The notes beneath the pieces were generated by a model. The model saw only the letters and a list, made by a program, of their open reading frames with translations, was not told the DNA's origin and made no database searches. From Bacteroidales bacterium (GTDB taxonomy: Bacteria; Bacteroidota; Bacteroidia; Bacteroidales; UBA932): 64,000 bases of DNA. The stretch is from the NCBI GenBank assembly GCA_012510445.1, contig JAAZIA010000005.1, positions 205-64,204 on the forward strand. Reading direction: 5' to 3'. Below are positions 28,474 through 37,775 of this stretch, piece by piece (the stretch's first letter is position 1; each line of letters starts with the position of its first letter). The position numbers and the translations under genes were made by a program.

Positions 28474-29841
28474 TTACGTAATTTCCCCTTTCAAAGTTGC
28501 CCCTGTACAAGAGGTAACACCAACGTTTACGAACTCTCCCGGCACCGAGTTTTTTTTGGGAAATACACAGACCTTCCCTGTGTCTGTCCGTCCAAAGTAC
28601 TCTTCTGCAGAACGTTTAGAGACTCCTTCTACCAATACTTCATGCACGCAGCCTATCTCTGCCCGGTTGCTTTCCAATGCATGTTTGTTTTGCAAAGCAA
28701 TGATTTCTTTCAGACGTCGGATTTTCACTGTTCCCGGTACATTGTCTGCATAATGTCGCCAAGCCTGTGTGTTGGGACGCTGGGAATAATGGAACATAAA
28801 AGCCTGGTCAAAACGGATTTCCTTCATAAGGCTAAGTGTTTGTTTATGATCTTCTTCCGTTTCTGAACAAAAACCGGTAATCAAGTCCGTAGAAATTCCG
28901 CATTGGGGAAGGAGCGTTCGAATGTTGTTGATTCTATCCAAGTATTGTTCACGCGTGTATCCACGGTTCATTTTTCGCAGTATGTTATTGCTGCCGCTTT
29001 GTACCGGCAGGTGAATGTGTTTGCAAATGTTGGGATGACGGGCCATCACATGCAACACATCATCCTGCATGTCTTTGGGATGCGAGGTGGTAAAACGGAT
29101 TCTGAGCCCAGGCGAGATCCGGGCCACGCGATCCAGCAGGTCAGCAAAAGAAACGGTCGCAGGCTCTGCCTGCGGCAGCGGCTTGGCAACATCTGCCGAT
29201 ACGCCGGATGGCTGTGTGGCCATCGGGTCCCACCGATACGAGTTGACGTTCTGCCCCAGGAGCGTAACTTCCTTAAAACCGCTTTCCACCAAATCTTTTA
29301 CCTCGGCTTCTATGGATTTCGGATCTCGGCTTCTTTCCCTTCCTCTTACGTACGGTACAATACAATAAGCACACATGTTGTCACATCCTCTCATAATGGT
29401 AACAAAAGAGGTGATTCCGGGCTCCGGCCCCCTATAGGGTTTTATGTCTTCATACGTTTCTGACAAAGAAAGATCAACGTGTATGGGAGCCGTTGCAGAA
29501 GAACCCAGCATAGCAGGTAAAAAACGGTAGCTATCCGGACCTGCCACCCAGTCTACTGCAGGGTGATTGAGTAGTTCTTCTTTAAGACGCGTGGCCATGC
29601 AGCCCAGTACTCCTACTTTTAGCAAGGGATTCTTCTTCTTTACCCTGCCAAAATGGTCCAATCGGTTCATAACACGTTTTTCTGCATTTTCTCTTACAGA
29701 ACAGGTATTGATAAGTATAATGTTTGCCTCTTCTATCTGTGAACAAAGCAGGTATCCGTTATCTGTCAATACCCTTGCAACTACTTCAGAATCGCTCACA
29801 TTCATTTGGCATCCGTACGTTTCTATATAAAAAGGATTCAT
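28474..29841 (-). CDS. miaB: tRNA-i6A37 methylthiotransferase
   Basis: It has the UPF0004 N-terminal domain (YIETYGCQMNVSDSE), a radical-SAM CDNMCAYC motif and a C-terminal TRAM domain. Confidence 0.9.
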   Translation of the reverse strand: MNPFYIETYGCQMNVSDSEVVARVLTDNGYLLCSQIEEANIILINTCSVRENAEKRVMNRLDHFGRVKKKNPLLKVGVLGCMATRLKEELLNHPAVDWVAGPDSYRFLPAMLGSSATAPIHVDLSLSETYEDIKPYRGPEPGITSFVTIMRGCDNMCAYCIVPYVRGRERSRDPKSIEAEVKDLVESGFKEVTLLGQNVNSYRWDPMATQPSGVSADVAKPLPQAEPATVSFADLLDRVARISPGLRIRFTTSHPKDMQDDVLHVMARHPNICKHIHLPVQSGSNNILRKMNRGYTREQYLDRINNIRTLLPQCGISTDLITGFCSETEEDHKQTLSLMKEIRFDQAFMFHYSQRPNTQAWRHYADNVPGTVKIRRLKEIIALQNKHALESNRAEIGCVHEVLVEGVSKRSAEEYFGRTDTGKVCVFPKKNSVPGEFVNVGVTSCTGATLKGEIT

Positions 29842-29885
29842 GGCACAAATATAGCATATTCACCCTAAATGTATACCTTTGCCAC

Positions 29886-30347
29886 ATGTACAGAAAATAC
29901 GTTATTCTATATACAATAATCCTTCTGGCTCTGGCCGGCTGTTCCCGGTATAAAGAAATATCGCTACAACATATTGTCATTGACCGGTTCAACATGACCG
30001 GCTTGTCAACCGCCAAAGTAAAAGTACTGGCCACATTGAACAATCCGGCAGGCAGCAAAATAAAATTGACGGAACTGAACGGAATTATAAAAATTAAAGA
30101 CAAGCCCATTGCTGTTTTTCATCTGGATTCCACGCTTGTCTTTGACGCCAAAAGTCTATCGGAAAAGGAGGGGACCATGCACTTGAAGATTCAGGATATG
30201 TCTGTTCTTTTTTCGGGGATTATTGAATGGGACGAAACGTTACTGGATCAGCTGCAGTTGGATATTGATGCACTGGTCAAAAGCAGGGGCATAAAGCGTA
30301 AACTGCATTGGAATAATGTGCCGGTTAAAGATTTTTTAAAATTATGA
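29886..30347 (+). CDS. Small lipoprotein (LEA_2-like?)
   Basis: The ATG at 29886 gives MYRKYVILYTIILLALAGC, a lipobox. The longer track ORF from 29724 overlaps the miaB start and has no signal peptide. Confidence 0.5.
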   Translation: MYRKYVILYTIILLALAGCSRYKEISLQHIVIDRFNMTGLSTAKVKVLATLNNPAGSKIKLTELNGIIKIKDKPIAVFHLDSTLVFDAKSLSEKEGTMHLKIQDMSVLFSGIIEWDETLLDQLQLDIDALVKSRGIKRKLHWNNVPVKDFLKL

Positions 30348-30835
30348 AACTCGTTATCACAACCTGGGTTTTGCTCTTGTTTTCCTGTTTTTCTTTATGG
30401 GGACAGGCATCTGACTCTGCTCTGGATACTTTGCAGATACGTTATGATGTTTTTGAGACATTCAAAAAACCGGGACCGTACGGGAATCGGTTTACCCTTA
30501 TTCAATCAGATTCTATTGCCTATAAAGTAAACCGATTGATAGAAAAAAACAGCCAATCGCAAGGGAAAATGCAAGGGTATCGGGTTCGGATATTTTTTGA
30601 CAACAAACAAACGGCACGAGCAGAGTCTGAAAGTATTGCCAGTTCATTTTCAGAAGCTTATCCACAAGTTGCCGTATATAGGATTTACGAGAATCCGTAC
30701 TTTAAAGTAACTGTGGGTGATTTTCGAACCCGGAGTGAGGCTATGCAATTTATGCGTAAAATTCGCAACTCCTACCCGCAGGCTTTTATCACAAGAGAAA
30801 ACATCTCCTTCCCTTTGCTTTACACCTTGGAATAA
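30344..30835 (+). CDS. SPOR domain-containing protein
   Basis: It has a signal peptide and a C-terminal SPOR-like repeat (GYRVRIFF...YFKVTVGDFRTRSEA). It overlaps the upstream gene by 4 nt. Confidence 0.7.
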   Translation: MKLVITTWVLLLFSCFSLWGQASDSALDTLQIRYDVFETFKKPGPYGNRFTLIQSDSIAYKVNRLIEKNSQSQGKMQGYRVRIFFDNKQTARAESESIASSFSEAYPQVAVYRIYENPYFKVTVGDFRTRSEAMQFMRKIRNSYPQAFITRENISFPLLYTLE

Positions 30836-31794
30836 GAAGAGGAGCCCTTACGCCACCATTTTAATTTGAGTCTTCCGGAGTAGTTGGTTAAAGGATTCAT
30901 ATAACGGCCTACTCTTTCCGGATACATATCTTTTATGGTAATAAGGATTCCTGTTTCTTCTACCCCTCCAAATTCTTCGTTAAGCGTAGTACCAAAAACC
31001 CGCATATTGGGTGAAATCCTCATATAAGAATTAATCAGCGGAGGGATTCTTTCTCCACGCTCTTTCAGTAACTTGACCAATAATTTATAATCTTCATTGT
31101 AGTTACCATTTTCAAAAAGACCGCTAAAGAGCGGATCTTCTTTATCATAATCCAATATACCTATAGGAGTCACTAAAGAATCTTGATCCGGAAAATATTT
31201 GTTTAAAAAGTACAGCAGGTAGTTTCTGGCTATTTTGTCATAATTCTTGTACATGGTAACCTTTCCAAAGAAATACTTCATTTCCGGATGGCGTACAATT
31301 AGTGCTCCCAGCCCATCCCATAAATTGTCCAACGCATACAAGCCGGACCTGTTTTTATTGGTGTTCTGGTAATCGGGTTGTACAAATGACCTGCCCAGCT
31401 CGATGGTATATGGCAGATACTCCCTAATAAACGTATCTGCAAAAGTAAAAACAGAAGACGTAGCCAAATGTTCTTCTTTAATACCGGTCCCGATGATATA
31501 GCGGTAACCACCCAAAATCTCTTTATGTTTTGGATTCCAAACTACCAACTGCCTGTAAGGCATATGAGGGTGAGTATCGTAACTATCTATATCCAAAGCT
31601 TCTCCCGTTCCTCCTCCGGCCAGTCGAAAAGCTATTTCACGTAACCGTCCTACCTCTTTCATAGCGTAAGGAGCTTCCTGTGCATTGAAGTCGTACAATT
31701 CATTGCCTCCACGGGAGGTAGACCTTACCAACAAATCATCGGTAAGCTCGTTTTCCAAATAATGTTTTGGTATGGGAGAAATAATGGGTTTCAT
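30820..31794 (-). CDS. GNAT-type N-acyltransferase (OlsB/GlsB-like, amino-acid lipid synthesis)
   Basis: It has the GGYRYIIG motif and the length typical of hemolysin-like N-acyl amino acid synthases. The ATG at 31794 (MKPIISP) is preferred, since the track start at 31893 would overlap rpoN. Confidence 0.55.
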   Translation of the reverse strand: MKPIISPIPKHYLENELTDDLLVRSTSRGGNELYDFNAQEAPYAMKEVGRLREIAFRLAGGGTGEALDIDSYDTHPHMPYRQLVVWNPKHKEILGGYRYIIGTGIKEEHLATSSVFTFADTFIREYLPYTIELGRSFVQPDYQNTNKNRSGLYALDNLWDGLGALIVRHPEMKYFFGKVTMYKNYDKIARNYLLYFLNKYFPDQDSLVTPIGILDYDKEDPLFSGLFENGNYNEDYKLLVKLLKERGERIPPLINSYMRISPNMRVFGTTLNEEFGGVEETGILITIKDMYPERVGRYMNPLTNYSGRLKLKWWRKGSSSYSKV

Positions 31795-31877
31795 TTTTTG
31801 CAGAAAAAGTTTTATACTGGCAAAGTTATCTAAAAGAATGCAATTGTGTATCTTTGTAGAGTACAAACAGTTTATTA

Positions 31878-33287
31878 ATGTTATCTCAGTCATTACAACA
31901 GAAATTGCAGCTTAAGCAAAAACTGTCTCCGCTGCAAATACAGACCATTAAACTTTTAGAGCTTCCGGCATTGGAACTGGACCAAAGGGTACGGAAAGAG
32001 CTGGAAGAAAATCCTGTATTGGAGACAAAAGATAACGATGAAGAAACAGATGACAATGAACTGTCTTTAAGCGACTATTATGGAGACGACGATTCCATCC
32101 CTTCCTATAGGCTTTACGTAAACCATCATTCAAAAGATACTAAAAGGGAATTCCCTACATTTTCTGTAAAGGAAAGCTTTCGTCAAAACCTAGAGGTACA
32201 ACTGGGCTTTCGTACACTTACAGAACGAGAAAGAAAAATTGCTTTGTTTGTAATAGGAAGTCTGGATGATGACGGCTATCTGAGAAGGGAGCCGGAAACG
32301 TTAAGTGACGATATGGCATTCCGTTTGGGTCTGGAAGTAGATACAGAAGAAATTAATCGCGCCTTATCCATCATTCAGGAGTTTGACCCTCCGGGTGTAG
32401 GGGCCCGCGACTTACAGGAGTGTTTGCTTCTTCAGATTCGCAACAGAAAATCAAAACCGCCTGTAGATCTGGCACATACTATCCTAAAAAACCATTTTGA
32501 AGAGTTTACCAAAAAGCATTACGATAAAATCATTTCCAGGCTTGATATCACAGAGGAAGATCTAAAGGAGGCCATTGATGAAATTTTAAAACTTAACCCC
32601 AAGCCGGGAGGTAATATAGATGATTCTTATACAGACCGGGCACAACAGGTAGTTCCTGATTTTATCCTGGACCTAAAAGACGGAGAATTTGTTCTTACCC
32701 TGCCACGTTTCTCTGTTCCGGAACTGCGTATAAACCGACGGTACGCAGAAATGCTCTTGCAGGCAGCCGACAAAAGCACCAGAGAAAGCAAAGAAGCAGC
32801 TACCTTTGTAAAACAAAAGTTAGACTCTGCAAAATGGTTTATAGAAGCCTTGCGCCAACGTCAAAACACCTTGCTTAATACCATGAAAGCCATCCTTGAA
32901 TTTCAGGAAGAATACTTTGAAGAAGGCGATGAATCTAAGCTTAAGCCTATGGTATTAAAGAACATTGCAGAAAAAACCGGGTTGGATATCTCTACCATAT
33001 CCCGGGTAGTCAATTCAAAATATATCCAAACGCATTTTGGTATTTATTCCCTGAAATACTTTTTCTCGGAAGGCCTCATGACAAAATCCGGGAGAGAAGT
33101 TTCTACGCGAGAAATAAAAAACATATTGGTAGAAAGCATAGATGCAGAAGACAAACGTAAACCTCTGACGGACGAAGAACTGGTTACATGTCTGAACAAA
33201 AAAGGATATAAGGTGGCCAGAAGAACGGTTGCCAAATACCGGGAACAACTGAACATACCTATAGCACGCTTAAGAAAAGAAATCTGA
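31878..33287 (+). CDS. rpoN: RNA polymerase sigma-54 factor
   Basis: It has a Gln/Leu-rich region I (LQQKLQLKQKLSPLQIQ), an acidic region II, and the C-terminal RpoN box ARRTVAKYR. Confidence 0.95.
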   Translation: MLSQSLQQKLQLKQKLSPLQIQTIKLLELPALELDQRVRKELEENPVLETKDNDEETDDNELSLSDYYGDDDSIPSYRLYVNHHSKDTKREFPTFSVKESFRQNLEVQLGFRTLTERERKIALFVIGSLDDDGYLRREPETLSDDMAFRLGLEVDTEEINRALSIIQEFDPPGVGARDLQECLLLQIRNRKSKPPVDLAHTILKNHFEEFTKKHYDKIISRLDITEEDLKEAIDEILKLNPKPGGNIDDSYTDRAQQVVPDFILDLKDGEFVLTLPRFSVPELRINRRYAEMLLQAADKSTRESKEAATFVKQKLDSAKWFIEALRQRQNTLLNTMKAILEFQEEYFEEGDESKLKPMVLKNIAEKTGLDISTISRVVNSKYIQTHFGIYSLKYFFSEGLMTKSGREVSTREIKNILVESIDAEDKRKPLTDEELVTCLNKKGYKVARRTVAKYREQLNIPIARLRKEI

Positions 33288-33288
33288 C

Positions 33289-34929
33289 ATGAGAAAAATA
33301 GTAATGATATCTTTAGCCCTTGGAGCCTTAGCCCTATCGGCAAGCTCTTGTTCTACTCGCCAAAAAGTAGACCTTGTTGTTTACAATGCATGCGTCTATA
33401 CGGTAGACAACTCTTTTTCTGTCCATGAAGCTTTTGCAGTAGATAAAGGTGTTTTCTTAGCCGTTGGTTCTACAGAAGATATCAGGCAATATTATAAAGG
33501 TCGCAAGGAGTTTAATATGGAAGGAGCGGCCGTTTATCCTGCATTTCACGATTCTCACAGCCATTTCACTCAATTTGCTAACGGACTAAGCCATGTTGAT
33601 TTGCGCGGTTCGGTTTCTGAAGAAGAAGTGATTGCAAGGCTTAAGGAACATTACGAATTGTATGAGCCCGCTTTCCTGGAAGGAGACGGCTGGGATCAAA
33701 CGTTGTGGGAAGACAAATCTTTCCCCGGAAATCAGGCACTTAGCGATGCCTTCCCTCATATTCCCGTATATTTACGCAGGGTAGATTTTCATGCCCTTTG
33801 GGTGAACAATAAAGCCATTGAATTGTCGGGACTGCAACCGGGAGATCCCGGAATCCGTCCGGGAGAGGCTATTTTAACTGAAGACGGCCGGTTTACAGGA
33901 GTTTTTCTGGAAGATACAGGAGTCCGTATAAGGGCCGATATTCCTCCCATGGATGATAAGACACAGGAAACGTACCTGCAAAAAGCTCAGGAAATTTGTT
34001 TTTCGTATGGTTTAGGATCGGTAACGGACGGAGGCCTTTCCCTGGAAAAGATTGTTCTTCTGGATTCGTTGCAAAAAGCAGGAGTTCTCACCATTAGGGT
34101 AGATGCTTGGATATCACCGTCAGAAAAGAATTTTGAGCGCTTTACGTCACCCTACCGTTCAGACAAATTGGATGTAAGTGCCGTAAAACTGTTTATTGAC
34201 GGAGCATTGGGATCAAGAGGCGCCTTGTTATACAAACCCTACACAGACGACCCCGGCAATTACGGTATTCAGGTGACTTCTGACCGAGATTTCACCTTAG
34301 CTTGTAAAAAAGCATTCGAAAGAGGGCTTCAGGTAGCCACCCATGCCATTGGGGATAAAGGAGTAGGTAAAGTATTGGATTTGTACCAACCGTTTCTTGC
34401 TCCGGGCAACGACCTGCGCTGGCGTATAGAACATTCTCAAATAGTAGCCCCTGCTGATTTTGAGCGTTTTAAAAACATGGGTGTGGTCCCGTCCATTCAG
34501 CCTACGCATGCCACTTCAGACATGGGCTGGGCAGAAGAACGAGTGGGTCCGGAAAGGATTAAAGGTGCTTATGCATTCCAAGATTTAATACAAACCATAG
34601 GGTGGGCTCCCTTGGGTACAGACGCACCGGTAGAAAGCATTAACCCGTTATACACGTTTTTTGCAGCCATTGCAAGAACAAATGCTGAATTTTGGCCGGA
34701 AGGCGGATGGCAACCGGAAAACGCTGTTTCGCGTGAAGAAACACTCAAAGGAATGACCCTTTGGGGTGCTAAAGGATACTTTAGAGAAGATCAAAAAGGC
34801 TCTATTGAACCGGGGAAATGGGCAGATTTTATAGTCTGGACAAAAGATCTGATGACCATTCCCGTAGAAGAAATTTTGGACACTTCTTGTAAAATGACAT
34901 TTGTAGCGGGTGAACAAGTCTATCCCTGA
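33289..34929 (+). CDS. Amidohydrolase-3 (YtcJ-like) family lipoprotein
   Basis: It has a lipobox-like LSASSC and metal-binding FHDSHSH. It is 546 aa. Confidence 0.75.
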   Translation: MRKIVMISLALGALALSASSCSTRQKVDLVVYNACVYTVDNSFSVHEAFAVDKGVFLAVGSTEDIRQYYKGRKEFNMEGAAVYPAFHDSHSHFTQFANGLSHVDLRGSVSEEEVIARLKEHYELYEPAFLEGDGWDQTLWEDKSFPGNQALSDAFPHIPVYLRRVDFHALWVNNKAIELSGLQPGDPGIRPGEAILTEDGRFTGVFLEDTGVRIRADIPPMDDKTQETYLQKAQEICFSYGLGSVTDGGLSLEKIVLLDSLQKAGVLTIRVDAWISPSEKNFERFTSPYRSDKLDVSAVKLFIDGALGSRGALLYKPYTDDPGNYGIQVTSDRDFTLACKKAFERGLQVATHAIGDKGVGKVLDLYQPFLAPGNDLRWRIEHSQIVAPADFERFKNMGVVPSIQPTHATSDMGWAEERVGPERIKGAYAFQDLIQTIGWAPLGTDAPVESINPLYTFFAAIARTNAEFWPEGGWQPENAVSREETLKGMTLWGAKGYFREDQKGSIEPGKWADFIVWTKDLMTIPVEEILDTSCKMTFVAGEQVYP

Positions 34930-34931
34930 CT

Positions 34932-35585
34932 TTATTTTTCTCCGTAAGCCAAATCACCGGCATCGCCCAATCCGGGAATAATGAATGATTTGGTAGTTAA
35001 TTCTTCATCAATGGCTCCTAACCAAATGGAAATTCCGTTTTGAGGCAATTTCCTGCAAAGAAATTCGTAGCCCTCTCTGGAGGCTATGGGCGACACTATA
35101 TGACAATGCTTTGGTTTTCCTTTCTGCTGTACCATTTCCTGATACGTCAGGTAAATGGTAGAACCGGTTGCTAGCATAGGATCTGACAAAATCAGTATTT
35201 TGTTTTCTATAGGAGGACTGGTCATATACTCCATCTGAATGGTAAACTTATAGTTTCTTCCGTATTTTCTATAAGCAGCCACAAAAGCATTTTGCGCCTT
35301 GTCAAAAACCCTGAGCATACCGTCGTGAAGCGGAAGTCCTGCTCTTAAAATGGTAGCCAGCACAATTTCATCATCCAGCAATTTACAATTGGAGATCCCC
35401 AAAGGAGTGTGAACTTCTTCTTCTCTGTATGAAAGTGTTTTGCTTATCTCGTAAGCAAACATATAGCCTAGCCGTTCCAGGTTGTAACGGAACCGCATAG
35501 CGTCTTTTTGGATAGTTACGTCGCGCATTTCTGCAAGAACGGAATTAAAAAGAGACTCTTTTTCAGAGAAAATAAACGTTTTCAT
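34932..35585 (-). CDS. upp: Uracil phosphoribosyltransferase
   Basis: It has the PRPP-binding loop ILSDPMLATGST and a C-terminal IIPGLGDAGD. Confidence 0.9.
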   Translation of the reverse strand: MKTFIFSEKESLFNSVLAEMRDVTIQKDAMRFRYNLERLGYMFAYEISKTLSYREEEVHTPLGISNCKLLDDEIVLATILRAGLPLHDGMLRVFDKAQNAFVAAYRKYGRNYKFTIQMEYMTSPPIENKILILSDPMLATGSTIYLTYQEMVQQKGKPKHCHIVSPIASREGYEFLCRKLPQNGISIWLGAIDEELTTKSFIIPGLGDAGDLAYGEK

Positions 35586-35623
35586 TCAGAGAAATTTTCC
35601 CAAAGTTACAAAAGTATGTGAAT

Positions 35624-36310
35624 TTACAAGAGTCCCTCTTCGGCAAAGCTAAAGTAACCGTTGCCTCCTATGACAATATGATCTATCAAATAAAGGTCTA
35701 CTATACCGGCTGCTTCTTTAAGTGTTTTTGTCAAAAGTCTGTCTTGCCGACCGGGTTTTGTGTTCCCCGAAGGATGGTTGTGTACAATAATTAGTTCACA
35801 CGACAGTTTATCCAAGGCTTTTTTCAGTACCATCCTTATATCTACCAAGGTGGCATTCAACCCTCCGCTGCTTATCTGTTCCTTTCCCAGAAAGCGTCTT
35901 CCTCCGTCAAAGAACAATACCCAGCACGTTTCGTACGTAAGGTCTTTGAGTTTGGGGATCATCATGGCTGCCACTTCTTGGGCCGAGGTAATGGTTGCCG
36001 GCCTGACCACCGGAAGTTGAGCCCTTCTACCCAATTCAAAAGCTGCTGCCAGGGTAGCTGCTTTTGCTTTTCCAATCCCTTTGATCCGGGTCATTTTTTC
36101 AAGGGAGGCACGAACCAGCTCGTACAATTGGTTATTATGTTCAGCCAGAAGGTCTCTGGCCAGTTCTTTAACATTTTTTTCGTGGGTACCGTTTCTTAAA
36201 AGTATGGCAATCAGTTCTGTATTGGTAAGTGAAGACACTCCTTTTTCCAACAGCCTCTCTCTGGGTCTTTCATTTTCTGCCCAATCCTGAATTCTTGAAG
36301 TCTTTCCCAT
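35624..36310 (-). CDS. radC: RadC-family JAB/MPN domain protein
   Basis: It has an N-terminal HhH region and the JAMM motif HNHPSGNTKPGRQD. Confidence 0.85.
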   Translation of the reverse strand: MGKTSRIQDWAENERPRERLLEKGVSSLTNTELIAILLRNGTHEKNVKELARDLLAEHNNQLYELVRASLEKMTRIKGIGKAKAATLAAAFELGRRAQLPVVRPATITSAQEVAAMMIPKLKDLTYETCWVLFFDGGRRFLGKEQISSGGLNATLVDIRMVLKKALDKLSCELIIVHNHPSGNTKPGRQDRLLTKTLKEAAGIVDLYLIDHIVIGGNGYFSFAEEGLL

Positions 36311-36320
36311 AGTTTTTTAT

Positions 36321-36348
36321 AAAAAAAGCTTTCCAAAAATTGGAAAGC
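36321..36348 (-). terminator. Intrinsic terminator after rpsT
   Basis: GCTTTCCAA-aaa-TTGGAAAGC forms a 9-bp stem, followed on the minus strand by TTTTTTT. Confidence 0.6.
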
Positions 36349-36379
36349 CTACTATAAAAAACCGGACAAAAGGTGTAAA

Positions 36380-36634
36380 CTACGAAAGTCTGTTTACGTA
36401 AAGAGCCAAGCCACTCTTTAAGTTACCGGCTTTGTTTGCATGAATGACATTGATCTTAGCCAATTTATCAATCATGGAAAAAACCTTTGGTAACATTTCC
36501 TGTGCTTCTGCTTTGTCTGTGGTATTACGGACAGCCTTAATGGCATTACGTGTTGTCCTGGCATAATACCTGTTGTGAAGACGTCTCTTTTGATTTTGAC
36601 GGTTTCTTTTTTCTGCTGATGCGTGATTAGCCAT
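36380..36634 (-). CDS. rpsT: 30S ribosomal protein S20
   Basis: It is an 84-aa basic protein starting [18 protein letters not shown]. Confidence 0.95.
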   Translation of the reverse strand: MANHASAEKRNRQNQKRRLHNRYYARTTRNAIKAVRNTTDKAEAQEMLPKVFSMIDKLAKINVIHANKAGNLKSGLALYVNRLS

Positions 36635-36651
36635 TGTTATTCTTGTTTTTG

Positions 36652-36723
36652 TAGCCAGTAGGGGAATCGAACCCCTATTGCAAGAATGAAAATCTTGAGT
36701 CCTAACCGTTAGACGAACTGGCC
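36652..36723 (-). tRNA. tRNA-Glu (anticodon UUC)
   Basis: The reverse complement folds by hand. The acceptor stem is GGCCAGT/ACTGGCT, the anticodon stem-loop is CAAGA-TTTTCAT-TCTTG, and the T-loop is TTCGATT. Confidence 0.9.
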
Positions 36724-36734
36724 TTTTGGGAGCG

Positions 36735-36765
36735 CAAAGATATAATGTTTTTTCTTTACTACAAA
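36735..36765 (-). promoter_or_regulatory. Bacteroidota-type promoter (-33 TTTG / -7 TATCTTTG) for tRNA-Glu and probably rpsT
   Basis: In minus-strand sense the sequence is TTTG-N19-TATCTTTG. The -7 box ends 11 nt before the tRNA 5' end. Confidence 0.55.
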
Positions 36766-36769
36766 TTTT

Positions 36770-37756
36770 TTACTCTTTTTGCCATTCAAACGAATAAATT
36801 ATAGACTCAACTTGGCGTAAATAATCACGTTTTGGGTAACGCGGAGCATAGACAAAAGCTTCCAGCACTATTATGTTTTCGTTCTCTCTGTCGTAAAAAC
36901 AATGGGCTACGAAAGGGCCTCCCATAAAATCGTTTTTCACATCCCATAAACCGCGTATTTCAACAAATTCTCGCTTGTTAAAATTCACCCATCTTAAAGA
37001 AGGCTCAATAAGTGTATTGGTTGTCATATAAGTATTGTCTAGCGGACCGGGTACTTCTTTTTCTAATTTCCTATTGCGCTCTGCAATGATCCTGGGCAAA
37101 GTAAGGTCTTCCTCACTTCTGTACGGATAAGAATAGATAAAAACACCTTGAGTAGTATACGTTGTTTCATAGGCCACCCAAATAAAATTGGTTGTCTGCT
37201 TTTTTATCTTGTATCCTGTAGGAAAATAAGGAGAACCCCCTATGCTCTTCAAAACTTGTTGGCGAATGGATACTTCTTCATATCTTTTTGAATTCCGGAT
37301 AACCCTATTTCTTTCTGCCTGTTCAATAGCATTTTTAAGCAAATCACTTTGATCGTCTATGTATTCACTCATTGCTTCTCCACTGGGCCCGGATAGCGTG
37401 ATCACAATCTGCGGAGCTGCCCAGATGTCTTTCTGAATAATCATTTTTGTCTCCTGCAGATCGGGGTTTACATTACAAATAATAATGTTTCTGTGCACTT
37501 GAAAAATAGACGAAAAAGCATTCTCCTGTATGTTAAACAAGCTGAACAAGGGCTCCCGCTGGGGAAGAAAAGGATACTCGACTGCCAAAACAGTTCGGAG
37601 CGACTGTCCCGGGGTTGCTTCCCAAAGATTTTTATTCATCACTACAATCACTTCTCCCGTTTTTCCACTTACGTTTTGCTTTAGTTGAGGTCCGTCTTTG
37701 CATGACGGAAAAATCAAAAGCAACAGGGACAAAACCAATAAAAAACTCTTTTTCAT
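36770..37756 (-). CDS. DUF4837-like lipoprotein
   Basis: The ATG at 37756 gives MKKSFLLVLSLLLLIFPSC, a lipobox. The track start at 37807 would overlap rseP. Confidence 0.5.
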   Translation of the reverse strand: MKKSFLLVLSLLLLIFPSCKDGPQLKQNVSGKTGEVIVVMNKNLWEATPGQSLRTVLAVEYPFLPQREPLFSLFNIQENAFSSIFQVHRNIIICNVNPDLQETKMIIQKDIWAAPQIVITLSGPSGEAMSEYIDDQSDLLKNAIEQAERNRVIRNSKRYEEVSIRQQVLKSIGGSPYFPTGYKIKKQTTNFIWVAYETTYTTQGVFIYSYPYRSEEDLTLPRIIAERNRKLEKEVPGPLDNTYMTTNTLIEPSLRWVNFNKREFVEIRGLWDVKNDFMGGPFVAHCFYDRENENIIVLEAFVYAPRYPKRDYLRQVESIIYSFEWQKE

Positions 37757-37775
37757 ATGTATTTTCTTTCGTTTG

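Noticed and set aside
29724-29885. Some track ORFs have extended N-termini. Examples are 29724, 31893, 37807, 41144, 55134, 22185, 54266, 17616 and 49170.
   Set aside because: The extensions overlap neighbouring genes or structured intergenic elements and lack signal peptides. Internal starts restore canonical N-termini (lipoboxes, the RuvX GIDYG motif) and sensible gene spacing.
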